This document shows positions 53,324 through 54,613 of a stretch of 54,613 nt of DNA, in pieces. Source of the stretch: Trichomonas gallinae (Eukaryota); assembly GCA_008369845.1 (NCBI GenBank), contig MRSU01001875.1, positions 1 through 54,613 of the forward strand, given 5' to 3'. Each line of letters begins with the position of its first letter. The first letter of the stretch is position 1. The position numbers were made by a program, and so were the translations under genes. A model generated the notes under the pieces. It was not told where the DNA came from, searched no databases, and worked only from the letters and a program-made list of their open reading frames with translations.

Positions 53324-53983
53324 ATGTCGCGTGGGAAAACACCGAGAACGGATGAGCCCACAGCAACAGGAGGTTCTAAACTGCCACCACTGAAAAGCAA
53401 GGGCAGCAATGCTTCAATAAATGGCAGTAATATTCCTAGACCAGCGCCAAGAAATATTCCACCAAGTCCGCCTGCACAATCTGTACAAAAAAACGTATCA
53501 CCTAGTCCACCAGCACACTCAGCCCCAGCAAGTCAACGAACGAAAAAGAAGAAAGCAGAAAATGTTGATCCTTGGAAAGAATCTGAACGATTAGTAAAAG
53601 AATGCGAGCAAGAATTTGGTTTTAAAGCAGATGATGAAGATTTGATAGTAAAAGATAAAGACAAAGACTGGCTGAAAACTCTTGATGAACTTGACGACGA
53701 GCTAAACAGAACATTCACCCAGGAATCATATCTAGACCCATCAATATTACTAACAATGGACGACGCATTCAACGATGTCAATTACACAGAAGATATTTTC
53801 GAAAATTTCTCGAGAATGACAAATACCGCATTCGATAAAATCCATGAAAACACAGAAGTATTAGACAAGATTTTAGACCAAAGAATCGGAGTTTTGAACA
53901 AGATCAGAGATGAAATTTTAAGTCACAAAGTTTCAGACTTATACAAAGCAGATCAGCTTCCTGACGACAAAGATAAGATTTGA
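53324..53983 (+). CDS. Hypothetical protein (219 aa) with Pro/Ser-rich N-terminus and helical acidic C-terminus
   Basis: ATG ORF directly after Inr-like TCATCACATTTTT. No recognised domain. Confidence 0.8.
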   Translation: MSRGKTPRTDEPTATGGSKLPPLKSKGSNASINGSNIPRPAPRNIPPSPPAQSVQKNVSPSPPAHSAPASQRTKKKKAENVDPWKESERLVKECEQEFGFKADDEDLIVKDKDKDWLKTLDELDDELNRTFTQESYLDPSILLTMDDAFNDVNYTEDIFENFSRMTNTAFDKIHENTEVLDKILDQRIGVLNKIRDEILSHKVSDLYKADQLPDDKDKI

Positions 53984-54064
53984 TTGTAATATTATTGTTT
54001 TTTATAAAAATTAATTATTTGTAGTATAGCAAAAAAACGTTTAAAGATATCTAACTTGTCAGTC

Positions 54065-54613
54065 TTACTCCTGGCGAGCCTGTCCGTCACGAGCGTAGAA
54101 CTCCTGGAGTGTCTTTGTATCGATACGCTTGAGTGACTCCTTTGGAAGTGTACGGAGTGTTTCCCAGGCGAGGTCGAGGGACTCGAAGACGTTACGAGCC
54201 TCGTATGGGCCCTGGCGGAGGAAGCGGTTTTCGAATCTCTCGAGGAATTCGATGTGCTTCTTATCTTCATCTGTAAGTGATTCTTCACCGACGACAGCCT
54301 TCATAGCGAGGACATCCTTGCCCTGAGCATATGAGGCATACATCTGGTTGGAAACTGAGCCGTGATCCTTGCGTGTGAAACCTTCACCGATAGCAGACTT
54401 CATAAGACGGGAAAGGGATGGAAGAAGGTTGATTGGTGGATAAATCTGCTTGTTGTAAAGCTGACGATCGACATAAATCTGACCCTCAGTGATATAGCCT
54501 GTAAGATCTGGAATTGGATGTGTGATGTCATCGGAAGGCATTGTAAGAATTGGAATCTGTGTGATGGAGCCTGGTCTGCCCTTAACACGACCAGCACGCT
54601 CGTAGATTGTGGC
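54065..54613 (-). CDS. VMA2: V-type H+-ATPase V1 subunit B, 3' part (5' end outside the window)
   Basis: The frame is open to the window edge: [52 protein letters not shown]...[17 protein letters not shown]. Codons are biased to C/T endings, as in highly expressed trichomonad genes. Confidence 0.97.
   Translation of the reverse strand, partial: ATIYERAGRVKGRPGSITQIPILTMPSDDITHPIPDLTGYITEGQIYVDRQLYNKQIYPPINLLPSLSRLMKSAIGEGFTRKDHGSVSNQMYASYAQGKDVLAMKAVVGEESLTDEDKKHIEFLERFENRFLRQGPYEARNVFESLDLAWETLRTLPKESLKRIDTKTLQEFYARDGQARQE

Overview
AT-rich, gene-dense eukaryotic DNA with no introns I could identify. It is almost certainly from a trichomonad (parabasalid), most like Trichomonas vaginalis. 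That assignment is an inference from a BspA-like LRR gene, a DUF3447-type ankyrin gene, a TKL kinase, C19 and S8 peptidases, and TCA(T/C)TTT initiator and AAAGTGAC motifs next to ATGs. The window holds 21 protein-coding loci: a broken BspA-like gene, a GT31-like glycosyltransferase, an MT-A70 methyltransferase resembling ciliate AMT1/MTA1, two importin-beta-family HEAT proteins, two ubiquitin-specific proteases, coiled-coil proteins, a type I membrane protein, an LRR protein with a possible ADP-ribosyltransferase-like tail, a catalytically degenerate kexin-like protein, a TKL kinase, a Kelch protein, an ASNSD1-like protein, a PH/RUN-like protein, an ankyrin protein, several hypotheticals, and the 3' end of V-ATPase subunit B. 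I see no operon-like novel system, CRISPR array, RNA gene or recognisable transposon. The best leads are the AMT1-like 6mA writer, the LRR+ART-like protein, the kexin-like pseudoprotease with an adjacent 113-114 bp repeat array, two surface-protein genes broken at the same AAT-TTT-TTT context, and recurring promoter motifs. All family assignments come from reading motifs by eye, with no database searches. Several ORF-track starts at TTG/GTG were moved to the first in-frame ATG.
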